56,583 nt of DNA from a virus (Duplodnaviria > Caudoviricetes), in IMG/VR virus record IMGVR_UViG_3300036785_000557, positions 1 through 56,583 of that record, one strand, 5' to 3'. This document shows positions 54,882 to 56,583 of this stretch, one piece after another. Below the pieces are notes generated by a model. It worked only from the letters and a program-made list of their open reading frames with translations. It was not told where the DNA came from and ran no database searches. The number at the start of each line of letters is the position of its first letter. Position 1 is the first letter of the stretch. The position numbers and the translations under genes were made by a program.

Positions 54882-55510
54882 CGCGGGCGCCGCAATCTCT
54901 TTGTGAATTTTTGGCCGCCAAGGGTGGCTTGCGGGAATTCCGTGGTCAACGTGATACCACGGGGGCATCGGATTTGCGCGCTATCGGCGCACGGGACTGG
55001 CACCGCGCAGCACCTTTCCGGCCCAAACTTATGCGCGTGGATTCCGGCCTGTGCCCGGATGACGCCGCGCTGATAGCCTGGGAAGCGGGCTATTTTCCGG
55101 ATTGCGTAGAGCGGCCGGAGATCCAGGACTTGATCGACGCCATAGACCGCGAGCTGGGCGGCCGGCCGGTCTATACCCTGGATGACGAACACACCCTGTA
55201 TGAGCTGGAAATGGCCGCCTGGGAGCGCGAACAAACGATGGCCGCGTTTCGGGCATCGGCCGAGCCACTGCCGGGCCGGGTTATTCCCGTGGGGGCCGTG
55301 GCCATGGCGGGCATGGCGGGCGATGCCGCCTATCTGTACGCGGTGGCCTACGTGACAAAAAAGACTGGGCGCCACGGGGTAAATCTGTACGCCAAGGCAT
55401 TCCGGGCGGGTGAGATCAAGCACGCGTGGCACCATGTTTTCCCGAATGAGCAAGCCCGGCTTGACGCGGTGAATGCATTTTTTGCCGAGAACCTAGAAGG
55501 GGTGTTTTGA
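54878..55510 (+). CDS. Hypothetical two-domain protein
   Basis: SL.EFL...GGL...D.AA..AWEAGYF...P...DLIDAI..EL.G domain. Confidence 0.65.
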   Translation: MTRAPQSLCEFLAAKGGLREFRGQRDTTGASDLRAIGARDWHRAAPFRPKLMRVDSGLCPDDAALIAWEAGYFPDCVERPEIQDLIDAIDRELGGRPVYTLDDEHTLYELEMAAWEREQTMAAFRASAEPLPGRVIPVGAVAMAGMAGDAAYLYAVAYVTKKTGRHGVNLYAKAFRAGEIKHAWHHVFPNEQARLDAVNAFFAENLEGVF

Positions 55511-55821
55511 CGAATCTCAAATACATTCTTCTGGATAACGGAATCGCCGTGCCATGCCCAAGCCTGAAGGCGTGGTGTGACTGGTATGAGACGCATGACC
55601 GGGTAATCAGACAGGAGGTAATCGGCCGTTCGATGGTCTCCACGGTGTTTCTGGGCCTGGACCATAATTTCTATGACGATGGACCGCCGATATTGTTTGA
55701 GACCATGATTTTTGGCGGGCCGCGCGACCAATCGGGATGGCAGTATGCAACACAAGCCGACGCCTTAGAAGGCCACAACAAAGCCGTTGAATTAGTGACT
55801 GGACCACCTTTAAATGCTTGA
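55507..55821 (+). CDS. Conserved phage hypothetical protein
   Basis: VSTVFLGLDHNF...PPILFETMIFGG......Y.T...ALEGH motif. Confidence 0.75.
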   Translation: MTNLKYILLDNGIAVPCPSLKAWCDWYETHDRVIRQEVIGRSMVSTVFLGLDHNFYDDGPPILFETMIFGGPRDQSGWQYATQADALEGHNKAVELVTGPPLNA

Positions 55822-55993
55822 AACTGACTTCACCCTTACCCCGCCGCAAGAGCTGGAGGCCGCCCGTAGCGAGGCCCCGCCCGCGCAAGGCATGTTATTC
55901 GCGCCGTACCTGGACAGGCAGCGCAAAAAGGCCGCGCGCTATGTCGAGCCGAGCTTGATGGACTATCTGGCGGACAATCCCCGTGGAGCTTAA
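55814..55993 (+). CDS. Small hypothetical protein (59 aa, MLETDFTLTPP...)
   Basis: Fills the gap and overlaps both neighbours. Confidence 0.5.
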   Translation: MLETDFTLTPPQELEAARSEAPPAQGMLFAPYLDRQRKKAARYVEPSLMDYLADNPRGA

Positions 55994-56513
55994 AATCACA
56001 ATGACGGAGGGCGAGCCTGCGCGTAAGTGTGGCGAATGTGGCCTGTGCTGCAAACTTTTGCCGGTTAAATCGCTTGGCAAGCCCGCCAACACACGATGCC
56101 AATTTCAGCGCATGAGCAAAGGCTGCACGATCTACGCCAAACGCCCGTTTGATTGCCAGACGTGGGCTTGCCGGTGGCTGGTGGACCCTGCCACAGCGGG
56201 TTTGCCCCGGCCGGACAGGAGCCATTATGTGGTGGACATCATGCCGGACTTTATCACGATAGATCAGCATGACGGAGCCGGGCCGGTGGATATTCCCGTG
56301 CTTCAGATTTGGGTAGATCCGGCGTATCCTGACGCGCACCGCACGCCGGCATTACGTGAGTACATGCAGCGCATGGCGGTTGAGGAGGGTATGGCGGCGC
56401 TGGTACGATGGGATTCTAAGAGGGCGGTGACGGTGTTTGCGCCATTCTTTTCGAGCGATGGACAATGGCATGAGCGCGAGGGTACGTGCCGCGCTGAAGA
56501 AAGGATTTTTTGA
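55983..56513 (+). CDS. YkgJ-like cysteine-cluster (CxxCxxCC) protein
   Basis: CGECGLCCK...C.....GCTIYAKRP..C..W.C.W. Confidence 0.8.
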   Translation: MELKITMTEGEPARKCGECGLCCKLLPVKSLGKPANTRCQFQRMSKGCTIYAKRPFDCQTWACRWLVDPATAGLPRPDRSHYVVDIMPDFITIDQHDGAGPVDIPVLQIWVDPAYPDAHRTPALREYMQRMAVEEGMAALVRWDSKRAVTVFAPFFSSDGQWHEREGTCRAEERIF

Positions 56514-56583
56514 TGGGCTATCCGAGGAGGGATGACCATGAAATTGCAAACGGCACGGATATTCCGCCGTAATCTGCGTCTGC
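56457..56583 (+). repeat. Terminal direct repeat, copy 2
   Basis: Identical to 1-127. Confidence 0.95.

Larger units (their letters stand above)
1..56583. mobile_element. Complete circular bacteriophage genome (probable podovirus-like phage-plasmid of Alphaproteobacteria)
   Basis: 127-bp exact terminal overlap; terminase, portal, capsid and tail genes; ParA, resolvase and plasmid-type Rep; no host housekeeping genes. Confidence 0.9.

Noticed and set aside
56457-56583. 127-bp terminal repeat as a biological direct terminal repeat
   Set aside because: The length equals a common assembly k-mer and the repeat cuts through coding genes; it indicates circularity only

Overview
The window is very likely one complete circular phage genome. 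Bases 1-127 repeat exactly at 56457-56583, giving a unit length of about 56,456 bp. It looks like a podovirus-like phage-plasmid of an alphaproteobacterial host, with GcrA-like, GapR-like and alpha-type DnaB genes. Modules: (i) lambdoid replication, with an HTH initiator carrying internal iterons plus DnaB (1.4-4.0 kb); (ii) Cro-like, GapR-like, RusA and RecT genes (7.6-12.2 kb); (iii) a minus-strand morphogenesis operon with terminase, portal, scaffold, capsid, adaptor, nozzle, three ejection-type proteins and tail spikes/fibres, and no tape measure (12.2-38.5 kb); (iv) plasmid maintenance, with a small serine resolvase, ParA plus a small partner, octamer repeats and a second plasmid-type HTH Rep (38.5-43.8 kb); (v) a largely non-coding control region (45.2-46.5 kb); (vi) a long plus-strand cluster of small early genes including DUF932, which wraps through the contig ends. 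No integrase, CI repressor or endolysin is recognisable. The most notable unannotated signals are: two tandem, synonymously diverged mini-genes for ultra-basic peptides (MKRKGHRKGRK and MARRKGHRKGRK) embedded in alternative RNA helices ahead of the head genes; a stand-alone CapW/BrxR-type winged HTH; a second phased iteron cluster far from the rep gene; putative antisense RNAs in front of both replication modules; a CYCAT-N5-ATGRG operator in 18-bp promoter spacers; and a repeated hairpin element before early-gene RBSs. All family assignments come from motif recognition by eye; no database searches were run.
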